From: an uncultured Candidatus Rokubacteria bacterium
Lineage (GTDB): Bacteria; Methylomirabilota; Methylomirabilia; Rokubacteriales; CSP1-6
Assembly: GCA_963771355.1 (NCBI GenBank)
Contig: CAVYTA010000006.1
Location: 2,304,001-2,368,000 of the forward strand
Direction: 5' to 3'
DNA length: 64,000 nt
This document shows positions 1 through 10,367 of the stretch, piece by piece. Position 1 is the first letter of the stretch. Each line of letters opens with the position of its first letter. The notes beneath the pieces were generated by a model. It worked only from the letters and a program-made list of their open reading frames with translations, did not search any database and had not been told where the DNA came from. The position numbers and the translations under genes are program-made.

Positions 1-828
1 CGAGCCGAAGCAGCGCGCCGCGCACGCCGCCCTGCTCGACGCCGCGAAATCGGGTGCCCTTCCCCGCCGCGACTTCGAGCTGGCGGCGAGCCGGCTGGAC
101 CACCTGGCCTCCCGACGGCCGGAGCGCTACGCCGCGCGGCGCCCCGCAGGCGGAGCGCGACGGCGAGCCTCTGGCCCGCGCCATGGCCACGCGCGCGGTG
201 ACGCGCGTGACGCCGCCCGCGCCCGGGCTACGGCCGCGGCTCAACGGCAAGGTGGTGGCGGTGTTTCCGCGCCTGTCGTCCCTCGCCGACCGGATCACGG
301 TGGAGCCCGCGATGCAGCGCGAGGCCGAGTACCTGCGCGGCGCGATGGCGCCGCTCGGGGTGGCCCCCGAGGTACTCGTGGTGGGCGTGGAGCCGGCGGA
401 GGCCGAGATCGCCGCCGCCGCCGAGAAGGCGCGCGGGGCGGACGCGACCGTGCTCTTCCTCTACGACGCCCACCTCTACCCGTCGAACCGCGCGCTCCTG
501 GAGGCGCTGCAGGCCGCGGCGCCCGCCCTCGCGGTGGTCCTGATGCGCGATCCGTACGACGCCGCGCTCCTGGCCCCCGGCGTGCTCGGGCCTCACCGCC
601 TACGGATGGCGCCGCTGCCAGCTCGAGGCCGTGCTCGCGCAGCTGCTGCGCGCGTCGAGGGCGCTGGCACCCGACGCTCGCGTGACTCGGAGGCACGGCG
701 TGCGTCGTATGATCGGCCTGACGCCGGCTTCGCGGCATGGCACGCGTAGGCACGCTCTCTGCACGCCGATCGTCGGGGCAGCTCAGCCGCGCAAGTGGAG
801 CCTGCCGGAAGCGAGATCTACCCTCTAG
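1..828 (+). CDS. Glycoside hydrolase family 3 (beta-N-acetylhexosaminidase-like), C-terminal part; 5'-truncated by window edge, frameshifts near 137 and 590
   Basis: Stitched frames read ...LARAMATRAVT...VVLMRDPYDA...LTAYGWRRCQLEAVLAQL, typical of the C-terminal domain of two-domain NagZ-like enzymes. Amino-sugar genes are nearby. Exact stop uncertain. Confidence 0.55.
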
Positions 829-901
829 AAGCCTGGGTTAAGGTGCCATTGTTTCTGATGTGGTCGTTCGCGCGATCATGACGACGAGGAGGGTTCCGAC
901 G

Positions 902-1345
902 ATGGAGTGCAATGCCGAGTATCCGGAGTGGCGGCGGGGTGAGCTCACGGTGACCACGGATCCCGCGCGGCTCGACCTCGACGCGATCTGCGCCTTCCTC
1001 GCCCGATCCTACTGGGCGCCGAAGCGCAGCCGGGAGGTGATCGCGCGCTCGCTCCAGCACTCCATCGGCTTCGGCGTCTTCGCGGGCGACCGCCAGGTGG
1101 GCATCGCCCGCGTGATCACGGATCGCGCGACCTACGCGTACGTTTCCGACGTCTTCGTGGACGAAGCGCGGCGCGGCACCGGGGTGGGCACGTTCCTGAT
1201 GGAGTGCATCAAGGCGCACCCGGATCTCCAGGGGCTCGAGCGCTGGAGCCTGGCCACGCGCGACGGCCACGCGCTCTATCGGAAGTTCGGCTTCCAGGAC
1301 CTCCTGCACCCCGAGCGCCAGATGGAGATCCCGCGCCGTCCCTAG
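902..1345 (+). CDS. GNAT family N-acetyltransferase
   Basis: Motif A VFVDEARRGTGVG and ALYRKFGF; RBS GAGGAGG upstream of ATG 902. Confidence 0.92.
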   Translation: MECNAEYPEWRRGELTVTTDPARLDLDAICAFLARSYWAPKRSREVIARSLQHSIGFGVFAGDRQVGIARVITDRATYAYVSDVFVDEARRGTGVGTFLMECIKAHPDLQGLERWSLATRDGHALYRKFGFQDLLHPERQMEIPRRP

Positions 1346-1356
1346 AACGGCCGCGG

Positions 1357-2373
1357 CTAGGGGCGCGGCATGTCGGGCCGCACCGCCTCCTCGAGGCTGA
1401 GCGGCGGGCGGTCCCGGAAGGGTTCGCGCCGGACGCCACAGTCGTCGAGATCACACATCGCACAGTAGATGCGGTGGCAGGGATCGGTGTGAAAGACCAG
1501 CTCGCCCTCCACCCCCAGCTCGGCGATCACCCGCGCGGCCAGGTCCTCGGAGAGCTCGTGCGCCTGATCCACCGACCAGAACTCCGGCACCACCAGATGC
1601 GCCTCCACGTGATGGAAGCGGCCGGCGCGGATGGCGCGGAGGTGGTGGACGCGTATCACGCCCTGTCCCAGGCGCGCGTCCAGCGCCGTCAGCAGCCGGG
1701 AGAGCAGGCCCGGGTCCTCCTCGTCGAGGAGGCCGCCGGCGGCATGGCGCACGAGGCGGAAGCCCGTCCACATCAGGTTGAGCGCCACCACCCCCGCCGT
1801 CACCGGGTCGAGCCACCAGATTCCCGTGGCCCGGACGAGGAGCAGACCCACGACGATCCCCACGCTGGTCCAGAAATCGGACAGCACGTGCTTGCCGTCG
1901 GCGACGAGGGTGAGCGACTGGTACGCGCGCCCGACGCGCAACAGGTACAGGCCCAGGGCGAGGTTGGCGAGCCCGGCGAGGACCACGATGGCCAGCCCCG
2001 CGTCGAGCGCGCGGATCTCCACGCCGTACAGGAAGGCCTGGAGCACCTGGTAGATGATGAGCACGGCGGCAAAGGCGATGAGACCGCCCTCGAAGGCCGC
2101 GGAGAAGAACTCGATCTTCCCATGGCCGTACGGATGATTCCGGTCGGCGGGCTGGGCGGCGAAGGCGATGCCGCCGAGCGCGAAGACGGCGGCCACCACA
2201 TTGACGATGGACTCCAGCGCATCGGACAGGATGGCGGTGGACCCCGTCATCCGGTACGCCTGGTACTTGGCCGCGAGGAGGAGGATCGAGACCACGAGGG
2301 AGAGGAGCCCCGCCCGCGTGCGCACCCGCGAGTCGGCGAGCACGGCGTCGGGACCCACGGCGGGCATCACCAT
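1357..2373 (-). CDS. Cation diffusion facilitator (CDF) metal transporter
   Basis: SDALES, ADRNHPYGHGKIE, HVLSD motifs; TM helices plus dimerisation domain with a Cys-rich tail (HTDPCHRIYCAMC). Confidence 0.93.
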   Translation of the reverse strand: MVMPAVGPDAVLADSRVRTRAGLLSLVVSILLLAAKYQAYRMTGSTAILSDALESIVNVVAAVFALGGIAFAAQPADRNHPYGHGKIEFFSAAFEGGLIAFAAVLIIYQVLQAFLYGVEIRALDAGLAIVVLAGLANLALGLYLLRVGRAYQSLTLVADGKHVLSDFWTSVGIVVGLLLVRATGIWWLDPVTAGVVALNLMWTGFRLVRHAAGGLLDEEDPGLLSRLLTALDARLGQGVIRVHHLRAIRAGRFHHVEAHLVVPEFWSVDQAHELSEDLAARVIAELGVEGELVFHTDPCHRIYCAMCDLDDCGVRREPFRDRPPLSLEEAVRPDMPRP

Positions 2374-2406
2374 CTCCCGCATGATAGCGCGCCCGCGGGG
2401 CGCGGG

Positions 2407-3897
2407 CTATCGGGCGCGGTCGAGCACGGGCGCCAGGAGCGCGGCGAGGGCCATGGTCCCGGCGGTGCCGAGGATCACCAGCCACGACCAGCCCAGCGCG
2501 ATCATGCCGCTCTCCGAGAGGATCAGGAGGACCAGGTTCACGAGGGCCATGGTCACCATGGCCACCACGTTGGCGCGATTGGCGCGCAGCCCCGTGAGGA
2601 GCCCGAGGAGGAAGACGCCCAGCAGCGAGCCGAAGGTGACGCCCGCGATCTTGAACGCGAGCCACAGGATCTGGTTGCGGGACGAGAGCCACCACGCGAG
2701 CGCGGCGAGGAGCAGCCCGAAGCCCACCACCGCGAGGCGCGAGACCAGCATGTAGTGGCGCTCGCTCCGCCCCCGCACCAGCAGGGGGCGGTAGATGTCG
2801 GTGACGAAGGAGGCCGACAGCGAGCCCAGCGGCGAGTCGATGGACGCGAGCACGATGGCGGTGAGCATCAGCCCACGGAGGACCTCGGGCATGGCGTTGC
2901 GGATGAAGAAGGGGAAGATCTCGTCGGGCCGCGGCAGGCCGGGGGTGGGGTGCTGCGCGTAGTAGGCGAAGAGCCCCGCGCCGATGCTGAGGTAGATGGC
3001 CAGGGTCACCAGCGTGCCCAGCGGGGTGAGGATGAGGGTCCGCTGGCTCTGCTTCCGCGTCTCCACGGTGAGCAGCCGCTGCATGAGGTCGTGATCGGTG
3101 CCGAAGGCCGCCATCGAGCCCACCAGGCCGTTGAGCACGGCGAGCCAGAAGATGTTGGGATCGGTGAGCACGCGCCGCCAGAAGTCGGGATCGCTCGGCG
3201 CGGGCCCCCAGTTGATCACCCCCAGCCGCCCCGCCTCCGCCGCGATCGCGTACATCCCGGCCAGCCCGCCGTCGACCTGCGAGGCCAGGTAGAGCACGGT
3301 GGCGAGCCCACCCACCAGGAACAGGCTCGCCTGTAGCACATTGGTCCACACCACCGCGCTCACCCCGCCCAGCGCGATATAGATGATGGAAATGACGGTG
3401 AACAGCGCGAGGGTGGCCCCGAGCGGCCAGCCCATGAGGATGGACACCGCCAGTGCCGCCGCCATGAGCCGCACGCCGGAGCCCAGCAGCCGCGTCACGA
3501 AGAAGAAGAGGGAGCCGGTCACCTGGCTGGCGGCGCCGAAGCGGTGCCGCAGGAATTCGTAGATGGTCGTGCAGTTGTGGCGGTAGAAGGCGGGAATGAA
3601 GAGAAAGGCGACCACCAGCTTCGCCAGGCTCGACCCGATGAAGAACTGCGCGTACTGCCAGTTCTCGCTATACGCGGTGGCGGGCACCGAGATGATGGTG
3701 ACCGCGCTGATCTCGGTGGCGAGGAAGGACAGACAGGCCGCCCACCACGGGATATGGCGGCGGGCGAGGAAAAAATCCGCGGTGTCGCGCTGCGAGCGGG
3801 TCAAGGCCCCCCCGATGGCGACCAGCGCGCCGAGGGAGAGGAAGAGGACGGCGTAGTCGGGCCAGGTGAGGCCGGTGCCGGTCACGGAAGGGGCCAT
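2407..3897 (-). CDS. Sodium:solute symporter family transporter
   Basis: DFFLARR, TIYEFLRHRFG, LGGVSAVVWTN, DLMQRLL; about 13 TM segments. Confidence 0.92.
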   Translation of the reverse strand: MAPSVTGTGLTWPDYAVLFLSLGALVAIGGALTRSQRDTADFFLARRHIPWWAACLSFLATEISAVTIISVPATAYSENWQYAQFFIGSSLAKLVVAFLFIPAFYRHNCTTIYEFLRHRFGAASQVTGSLFFFVTRLLGSGVRLMAAALAVSILMGWPLGATLALFTVISIIYIALGGVSAVVWTNVLQASLFLVGGLATVLYLASQVDGGLAGMYAIAAEAGRLGVINWGPAPSDPDFWRRVLTDPNIFWLAVLNGLVGSMAAFGTDHDLMQRLLTVETRKQSQRTLILTPLGTLVTLAIYLSIGAGLFAYYAQHPTPGLPRPDEIFPFFIRNAMPEVLRGLMLTAIVLASIDSPLGSLSASFVTDIYRPLLVRGRSERHYMLVSRLAVVGFGLLLAALAWWLSSRNQILWLAFKIAGVTFGSLLGVFLLGLLTGLRANRANVVAMVTMALVNLVLLILSESGMIALGWSWLVILGTAGTMALAALLAPVLDRAR

Positions 3898-3949
3898 GGC
3901 CTGCCGTCATTATGCGCGTCGGAAACGGCCGGCCGTGCATATTGGGTGC

Positions 3950-4786
3950 ATGCAATCGAGGAAAGCGCGAGCGGTCTGGGCCGTCGGCTGCGACCTGGGC
4001 GGGACCACGCTCCGCGTGCTCGCGCGGGACGCCACCGGGCGCATGTGCCGCCTGCGCGCGCCCGCGGTGCCGCTCGCGGCCCTGCCCGCGCGCCTTCGCG
4101 CCGCGCTGCGCGGGTGGGCTATCCGTCCCGATCAGGTCGGCGTGCTCGTGGTGGCCTCGCGGGGCGTGTGGACGCCGGCCGAGCGGCGCGCGGCGACCGC
4201 GCGGCTGCGCGGCCTGGGGCGGCGGGTGCGCGTCGTCTCCGACGTCGAGGCCGCGCGCGACGGCGCCTTCGGCGATCGCCCCGGCATCCTGCTCCTGGCC
4301 GGCACCGGCTCCATCGCGCTCGGCCGCGACCGCCGCGGCAAGCTCGGTCGCGCGGGGGGGCTGGGACCCCTTCTGGGCGACGAGGGCTCGGCGTTCTGGA
4401 TCGGACGCGCATGGCTGCCCATCGCGCGCCGCGGCGCCGGCACCCTCGCGCTGCGCCGTCTCGCCTTGAGGCCCGACGCGGTGGCCCGCGTGGCCGCGCT
4501 GGCGCCGGCGGCCTTGCGCGCGGCCCGAGGCGGGCACCCCATCGCCCAGGCCATCATCGTGGGCGCTCATGTCGCGCTGGCCGAGCTGGTGGCCGAACTG
4601 GCGGGGCGCCTCCGCTTGCGCCCACCCATTCCCGTGAGCTGGGCCGGCGGCCTCCTCGAGGATCCCCGCTTCCGCGCCGGCGTCTGGCTCGCCGCGCGCA
4701 ATGCCGGCCTGCGCCTCGCGCCGACCCCACCCCGCGGCACCGCGCTGGACGCCGCGCTCAGACTCGCGGAGCGCTTGGGGTCATGA
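3950..4786 (+). CDS. BadF/BadG/BcrA/BcrD family ATPase (GlcNAc/MurNAc kinase-like)
   Basis: GCDLGGT, VVSD, AGTGSIA, GGLGPLLGDEGSAFWIG motifs. Confidence 0.88.
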   Translation: MQSRKARAVWAVGCDLGGTTLRVLARDATGRMCRLRAPAVPLAALPARLRAALRGWAIRPDQVGVLVVASRGVWTPAERRAATARLRGLGRRVRVVSDVEAARDGAFGDRPGILLLAGTGSIALGRDRRGKLGRAGGLGPLLGDEGSAFWIGRAWLPIARRGAGTLALRRLALRPDAVARVAALAPAALRAARGGHPIAQAIIVGAHVALAELVAELAGRLRLRPPIPVSWAGGLLEDPRFRAGVWLAARNAGLRLAPTPPRGTALDAALRLAERLGS

Positions 4787-4806
4787 TCCGGAATGGGCCG
4801 CTTCGA

Positions 4807-5458
4807 TTACTTCCTCGTGGAGCCTCGTTTGGGCCGGCGGACGGTCCTCACCTTGCCGCTACCTCCTCCTCCGCAGAAGAACAGATCGCCGCCATCGGAC
4901 TCCAGCCCCGAAACGTTCACTCCGGGCGGCATCTCCAGCTTCTCCAGAACCTCTCCCGTTCGAGGATCGACTCGCCGCAAATCGCTCTCGTCACCTTCCC
5001 AGGTGCCGTGCCACAGCTCTCCGTCGACCCAGGTGACCCCGGTGACGAAGCGGTTGGACTCGATCGTGCGAAGAATCGCCCCTGTCTGCGGATCGATTTG
5101 ATAGATCTTCCGGTCCCGATACTGCCCCACCCAGAGCGTTCCTTCGGCCCACGTGAGCCCCGAGTCACCGCCGCCGCCGGGCGCCGGGATCGTGGCGAGC
5201 ACGGTGCCGGTCTTCGGGTCGATCTTCTGGATGCGGTCCTCGGCGAGCTGAAACAGGTGCTGGCCGTCGAAGGCTGTTCCGGCATGCGCGGCGACATCGA
5301 TCGAGCGCAGCGTCTTCCCGCTCGCGGGATCGAAAGCGTTCAGCCTGTCTCCAGAAGCAAACCAGACGCTCTGGCCGTCGTACGTGACTCCATGCACGCT
5401 CTCGGCACCCGGAAAGGGTCCATACTCGCGGACGATCTCGGCGCGTTGATCGAGTCAT
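4807..5458 (-). CDS. Glutamine cyclotransferase-like beta-propeller protein (frameshift near 5443)
   Basis: Repeated GVTYDG / GTAFDG / GLTWAEG / GVTWVDG blades. N-terminus MTRST-AEIVREYGPFPG is recovered by one indel. Confidence 0.75.
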
Positions 5459-5467
5459 GCGTCCATC

Positions 5468-6689
5468 TTAGTCGGTCGGCAGAGGCCGGGGGAGTAACAA
5501 GGTCGTCGTGAATCCCGGCACGGGCGGGGTCATCCAGCGACGGGCTCGCCCGCGACCGAACGACTGCACCTTGCCTGCTGCCTCGAGCGGGTCGAGCGCT
5601 CGCTGCACGGTCCGCTGGCTCGTTCCCAGCGCAAGGGCCAGGGCCGAGCTCGACCACGATTCGCCGTCGGCGAGGAAGGCGAGCACCCACGCATGCTCCT
5701 CCTCGACGGGCGGGGCCAGCACGACCACCTCGCGTGCGCGGCGCGGCGCCAGCGCGAAACCTCGCTTCGTCGCGCTCACGTCGGCCAGCGTCCGGAGCAC
5801 CGCGCGAAGCCGCCCGACTTCGACGCGCAACCGCGCGCGATGCGATTCATCGGCGAGCTTCCATCCGAATGCCCGCGCCACGAGCGCGTCCCTCGGCACG
5901 TCTCCCGGCCAAGCTTCCCCCAGCGCGCGTGCGAGCGCGAACAACACCGGACGCTTTGCGAGCGAGACCACCTGGCCGGCACGGCGCACGACACGGCGGC
6001 ACGCGTCCACCACGAATGCTTTCGACGCCAGCAGCGCTTCGACCTCCTCGAGCAGCGAGGAGCCGCTCCCCGCCCCTCGCAATCCGGCGCGCCGCGGGCG
6101 TGCTCAGATCGAGGTGTGCGCTTTCTACCTCCGCCGTCAGCGCCGGGATGCGCGCGTGGTGCGCGGCGCGCCTGGCCCGGCCGAGCGCCGCGCGCGCCGC
6201 CTTCGTCTGGAGGCGTCGAATCGCGATTCCCGCGACCACCAGCTCGTGGACGGTCCTCGACGCGGGAGGAAGGGGCGAGGGGTCCAGCTGGGCGAGCGCG
6301 CGCTCGGCTTCGTCGATGCGCCCGATCAGGAGGAGGCGCCGGACCTCGAGATACCGCGCGTACGCGGCGTTGACCCGGTCGGCATGCGCTTCGAGCGTCG
6401 CCCGCGCCGCGGCGAGCGCCTTCACCGGCCAGCCGAGGTCGCGCGAGACGAGCGCGATCTCGGCCTCGGCGACGACGCACCTCGCCCGGGCCACGGGCTC
6501 TTTCGGACCGAAGGCACGCGCCGCCCGTCGCAGGAGAGCCTTCGCTCGAGCGAGATCGCCGAGCTGCGCCATCGCGATACCCCGAAGCGCCAGAGCAGGC
6601 GGGTCGTCGCGCAGGGCAACCCGCTTCAATGCGCCGAGGGGATCACCCGCCGCCAGTGCGCGGGCCGCGGCCGTGATCAGCGAGTCCAT
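5468..6689 (-). CDS. Helix-turn-helix transcriptional regulator with helical N-terminal region (frameshift near 6075-6110)
   Basis: ORFs 5847..6689 and 5468..6082 join into one protein MDSLITAAARALAAGDPLGAL... with an OmpR-like winged helix and a C-terminal HTH (SSSALALALGTSQRTVQRAL). Confidence 0.8.
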
Positions 6690-6801
6690 CGGAATCCCGT
6701 CACACTTGTAACTCCCACCGTTCGATATCCGGCGCTAATCCTATCCCATCACCAGCAGCGAGCGGTAGGCGGCAGGACACCCACAAAAGGAGACAAGGGC
6801 G

Positions 6802-7563
6802 ATGACCAAGCACAGAACGGGGACACGGCAAGAGTGGCTCACCGCGCGGCTCCAGCTGCTCGAGGCGGAGAAGGAGCTCACGCGGCGCAGCGACGAGCTG
6901 GCGCAGCGGCGGCAGGAGCTGCCGTGGGTGCGCATCGACAAGGAGTACGGATTCGAGACCGACGAGGGGAGGGCCGCGCTGGCCGACCTCTTCCGAGGGC
7001 GCTCGCAGCTCCTCGTCTATCACTTCATGTTCGGGCCCGACTACAAGGCGGGATGCCCCTCCTGCTCGGCGATCGCGGACGGGTTCGACGGCTTCGCTGT
7101 CCACCTGGCCCACCACGACGTCATGCTGTCGGCGGTGTCACGGGCGCCGCTCGCGAAGCTCCAGGCATACAAGCGGCGCATGGGATGGACGTTTCCCTGG
7201 GCATCCTCCGCCGGCAGCGACTTCAACGTCGACTTCAGCGTCGGCTTCACCGAGGAGCAGCAGCACCAGGGAGGCATCGAATACAACTACCGACGCGAGG
7301 CGGCGTGGAGCCCGGAGCCCGGCAGCGAGGGGCCGGTGGCCTTCGCGGCCACGACCGGCACCGACGTGGCTACCTACACGCGCGAGCGGCCGGGCATGAG
7401 CGCGTTCGTGCTCGAGGACGGCATCGTCTACCACGTCTATTCGACCTATTCGCGTGGACTGGACGGCCTCTGGGGCATGTACCAGTGGCTCGACCGCGCC
7501 CCCAAGGGGCGTAACGAGACGGGCCTCTGGTGGCGCCGGAACGACGAGTACGACAAGCGCTGA
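6802..7563 (+). CDS. DUF899 family thioredoxin-like protein
   Basis: LFRGRSQLLVYHFMFGP, GCPSCS (CxxC), LDRAPKGRNE; RBS AGGAG. Confidence 0.9.
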   Translation: MTKHRTGTRQEWLTARLQLLEAEKELTRRSDELAQRRQELPWVRIDKEYGFETDEGRAALADLFRGRSQLLVYHFMFGPDYKAGCPSCSAIADGFDGFAVHLAHHDVMLSAVSRAPLAKLQAYKRRMGWTFPWASSAGSDFNVDFSVGFTEEQQHQGGIEYNYRREAAWSPEPGSEGPVAFAATTGTDVATYTRERPGMSAFVLEDGIVYHVYSTYSRGLDGLWGMYQWLDRAPKGRNETGLWWRRNDEYDKR

Positions 7564-7588
7564 GCCAGGACGGGAGATCTCACGACAC

Positions 7589-8380
7589 ATGGCTTCCGAC
7601 CGAGCGTCCGAGCAAGCCTTCTTCGGCGTCTCCGCGCTACTCTTCGCCGACAGCGCGGCGCTGACGATCGCCTGGTGCGAGTCCATGTCGGCGATGGGCG
7701 AGATGCCGATGCCTGGCGGCTGGACCATGTCGATGGCGTGGATGCGGATGCCCGGACAGACGTGGCCCGGCGCCGCGGCGTCGTTCCTCGGCATGTGGGT
7801 CGTGATGATGGTGGCGATGATGCTGCCGTCCCTGGTCCCCATGCTGTGGCGCTACCGCCAGGCCGTCGGCAGCACCGGTGAGCCCCGCCTGGCTCAGCTG
7901 ACCGCGCTCGTGGGCACGGGGTACTTCTCCGTGTGGACCGTGTTCGGAATGGCCGCGTTTCCGCTGGGAGTCGCGTTGGCGGCGGTCGAGATGCAGCAGC
8001 CGGTGCTGGCGCGCGCCATTCCGATCGCGGTGGGCGCGGTCGTCCTGATCGCCGGCGTGCTCCAGTTCACCGCGTGGAAGGCGCGTCACCTCGCCTGCTG
8101 CCGGACGGCACCCGCGCGCGGCCGTACGCTGCCGGCCGACGCCGGCACGGCCTGGCGACACGGCCTGCGCCTCGGTCTCCACTGCACGTACGCCTGTGGC
8201 GGTCTGATGGCAATTCTCCTGGTCATCGGGGTCATGGACCTTCGCGCGATGGCGGTCGTGACAGCGGCCATCACCGTCGAACGTCTCGCACCGGCTGGTG
8301 AGCGCGTCGCGCGAGCCATCGGAGCCGTCGTCATCGGGGCCGGGTTGTTTCTGATCGCGCGAGCAGCCGGGCTCGGATGA
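7589..8380 (+). CDS. DUF2182 predicted metal-binding integral membrane protein
   Basis: Met-rich MWVVMMVAMMLPS, QFTAWKARHLACC, GVMDLRAM. Confidence 0.9.
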   Translation: MASDRASEQAFFGVSALLFADSAALTIAWCESMSAMGEMPMPGGWTMSMAWMRMPGQTWPGAAASFLGMWVVMMVAMMLPSLVPMLWRYRQAVGSTGEPRLAQLTALVGTGYFSVWTVFGMAAFPLGVALAAVEMQQPVLARAIPIAVGAVVLIAGVLQFTAWKARHLACCRTAPARGRTLPADAGTAWRHGLRLGLHCTYACGGLMAILLVIGVMDLRAMAVVTAAITVERLAPAGERVARAIGAVVIGAGLFLIARAAGLG

Positions 8381-8390
8381 CGCATCCGCA

Positions 8391-9695
8391 TCAGCTCTCC
8401 GCTGACCTCCGCCCGTGGAACGCCAGATACACGAGCGGCCCGGTCAGCGCCGCGATCAGGCCGGCCACCGTGTTGGTCCATCCCGCCGTCGCCATCGCGA
8501 GCACGCTCAGGGCCGCCGGCAATCCCGCCACCAGCCACATCCCCACCGCGCCCCCGCCCACGCGCCAGGGCCGCGGCAACGCCGGCTCACGCAGCCGAAG
8601 CGCCACGAAGGCCGCCAGCTCGAGGATGAGGGCGATCGAGTAGAGCCAGATGTTGAGGACGATCAGCTCTTTGAAGGAGAACACCGCGAAGGCGCTGTAG
8701 CAGAGGCTCGAGAGCACCACCGCCACCCACGGCGCCCCGGTCTGTGCGCTCACGCGCGCGAGGATCGAGGGCAATTGCCCCAGGGTCGCCAGCACGAAGG
8801 GCAGCCGCGAGTTGGTGAGGAGCCCCGAGAGGAAGAGCCCCGCGGTGGCGAGCAGCGCGCCCGCGGTCATGAGATGGCCGAGCGCGGGCCCGCCCACCGC
8901 CTCCGCGAGAATGGGCAGATGGCCGGTTTCCCACTCCCCCCAGTCTTCGGAGACGGACAGCCCCGCCGCCACCGGCAGCAGATAGGCCAGCGCGATGATC
9001 GGCAGGGCCACGAACAGCGCGCGGCGATACGCGGTGGCGGGGGCGCGCGTCTCGCCCAGCATGGTGCTGGGATTGTCCCAGCCCGAGTAATTCCACATCA
9101 TCACCGCGAGCCCGAGGCCCAGGCCGGCGACGAGGCTCCCCTCACCCGGCGCGAACGGGATCCACGGCACATGCTCGGCGCGGACACCCGCCACTACGGT
9201 GAAGATGGCCACCGGCGCGAGCGCGCCCACGCCCAGCGCCACCGCGGTCCAGCCCGTCACGCGCACCCCGGCCACGTTGAGGCCGGTGAGCACCCAGATG
9301 AAGGCGAGCGCGAGCGCCCAGCGCGTCGCCGGCGCCATGCCGGGCCACCAGTACATGGCATAGTCCGCGAAGAGCGCCGGATAGATGGCCACGTCCACGA
9401 AGGAGTTGATCCAGCTCCACCAGCCCACCTGGAAACCCCAGAAGGGACCGAAGGCGCGCCGCACCCACGCGACGTAGCCGCCCTCGTCGGGAATCGCCCC
9501 CGCGAGCTCGGACATGGCGAGGGACACCGGCAGGCTCCAGATCAGCGGCGTGACGATCAGGAGGATCAGCGTGAGGCCGGGGCCGAAGGACGCGACGGCG
9601 TCTTCGATGCCATAGGGGCCACCACTGACGTTGAAGAAGACGACGGCGAGCAGAGCGACCCAGCCGAGCTCCCGGCGGAGCCCGGCGCGACTCAC
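8391..9695 (-). CDS. APC family amino acid/polyamine permease
   Basis: FFNVSGGPYGIE, PDEGGYVAWV, WNYSGWDN; GTG start overlaps the upstream stop. Confidence 0.9.
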   Translation of the reverse strand: MSRAGLRRELGWVALLAVVFFNVSGGPYGIEDAVASFGPGLTLILLIVTPLIWSLPVSLAMSELAGAIPDEGGYVAWVRRAFGPFWGFQVGWWSWINSFVDVAIYPALFADYAMYWWPGMAPATRWALALAFIWVLTGLNVAGVRVTGWTAVALGVGALAPVAIFTVVAGVRAEHVPWIPFAPGEGSLVAGLGLGLAVMMWNYSGWDNPSTMLGETRAPATAYRRALFVALPIIALAYLLPVAAGLSVSEDWGEWETGHLPILAEAVGGPALGHLMTAGALLATAGLFLSGLLTNSRLPFVLATLGQLPSILARVSAQTGAPWVAVVLSSLCYSAFAVFSFKELIVLNIWLYSIALILELAAFVALRLREPALPRPWRVGGGAVGMWLVAGLPAALSVLAMATAGWTNTVAGLIAALTGPLVYLAFHGRRSAES

Positions 9696-9913
9696 GACGC
9701 CTGGGCTTGCTGGATGAGGGCGGGCAACCCCTTGAGCCACTCGTCGATCGGCACCTCCGCGTCGACGATGATCTCGAGCTTGCCCGAGGGCATGCGGCGC
9801 ACACGGCCCTTGCCGGTGCCGAGCGGGATCACCACGTGCTCGCGGTGGACGCCGAGAGCATCGAGCACCGCGAAGATCTTGTTGATCTCGGCCATCCCGA
9901 CCGCGTCGAGCAC
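9692..9913 (-). CDS. Small hypothetical protein (about 73 aa)
   Basis: Coding-like GC3 bias; stop overlaps permease start (GTGA). Start could instead be ATG 9895. Confidence 0.65.
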   Translation of the reverse strand: MLDAVGMAEINKIFAVLDALGVHREHVVIPLGTGKGRVRRMPSGKLEIIVDAEVPIDEWLKGLPALIQQAQAS

Positions 9914-9923
9914 GGGGGCCGCT

Positions 9924-10295
9924 TCAGGGAGCCTGGCGCAGCTCGGCGGGCGGCCGGGTGCCGCCGGGGATGTGCACGGGCCCACCCGGGCCATAGCCGG
10001 TGAGCGGCGGCACCGTGACCTGGGTGTCGGAGAGCCGCCGCTCCTCGTGGCCAGGAATCACGATTTCCTTCCGCGTGCCCGGATCGATGAGCCGCTGCTC
10101 GGGAACATACCGAGTCTCCGGGGGCGGCGCGGCGGGTAGCCGGGGCAGAGGCCTCTGCGCGCCCCTTGCCGACTGGTCGATGGGATTCTGCTGGTACGGG
10201 TAGCGCGGGCCGCCGCCGGCGCCGATCTGGGCCGCCGCCGGCACGCCCGGGGCGAGCACCGCTGCGATCATCATGACGAAAAGCAGGCGCTTCAT
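9924..10295 (-). CDS. Secreted proline-rich hypothetical protein
   Basis: Signal peptide MKRLLFVMMIAAVLAPGVPAAA; C-terminal part of ORF 9924..11051. Confidence 0.7.
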   Translation of the reverse strand: MKRLLFVMMIAAVLAPGVPAAAQIGAGGGPRYPYQQNPIDQSARGAQRPLPRLPAAPPPETRYVPEQRLIDPGTRKEIVIPGHEERRLSDTQVTVPPLTGYGPGGPVHIPGGTRPPAELRQAP

Positions 10296-10367
10296 GCCTC
10301 TAATGGTATGTGACGGATGAGGGCTTCGCAACCAATCGCACCGTGTTAAGGTGACGCCCGAGAACCG

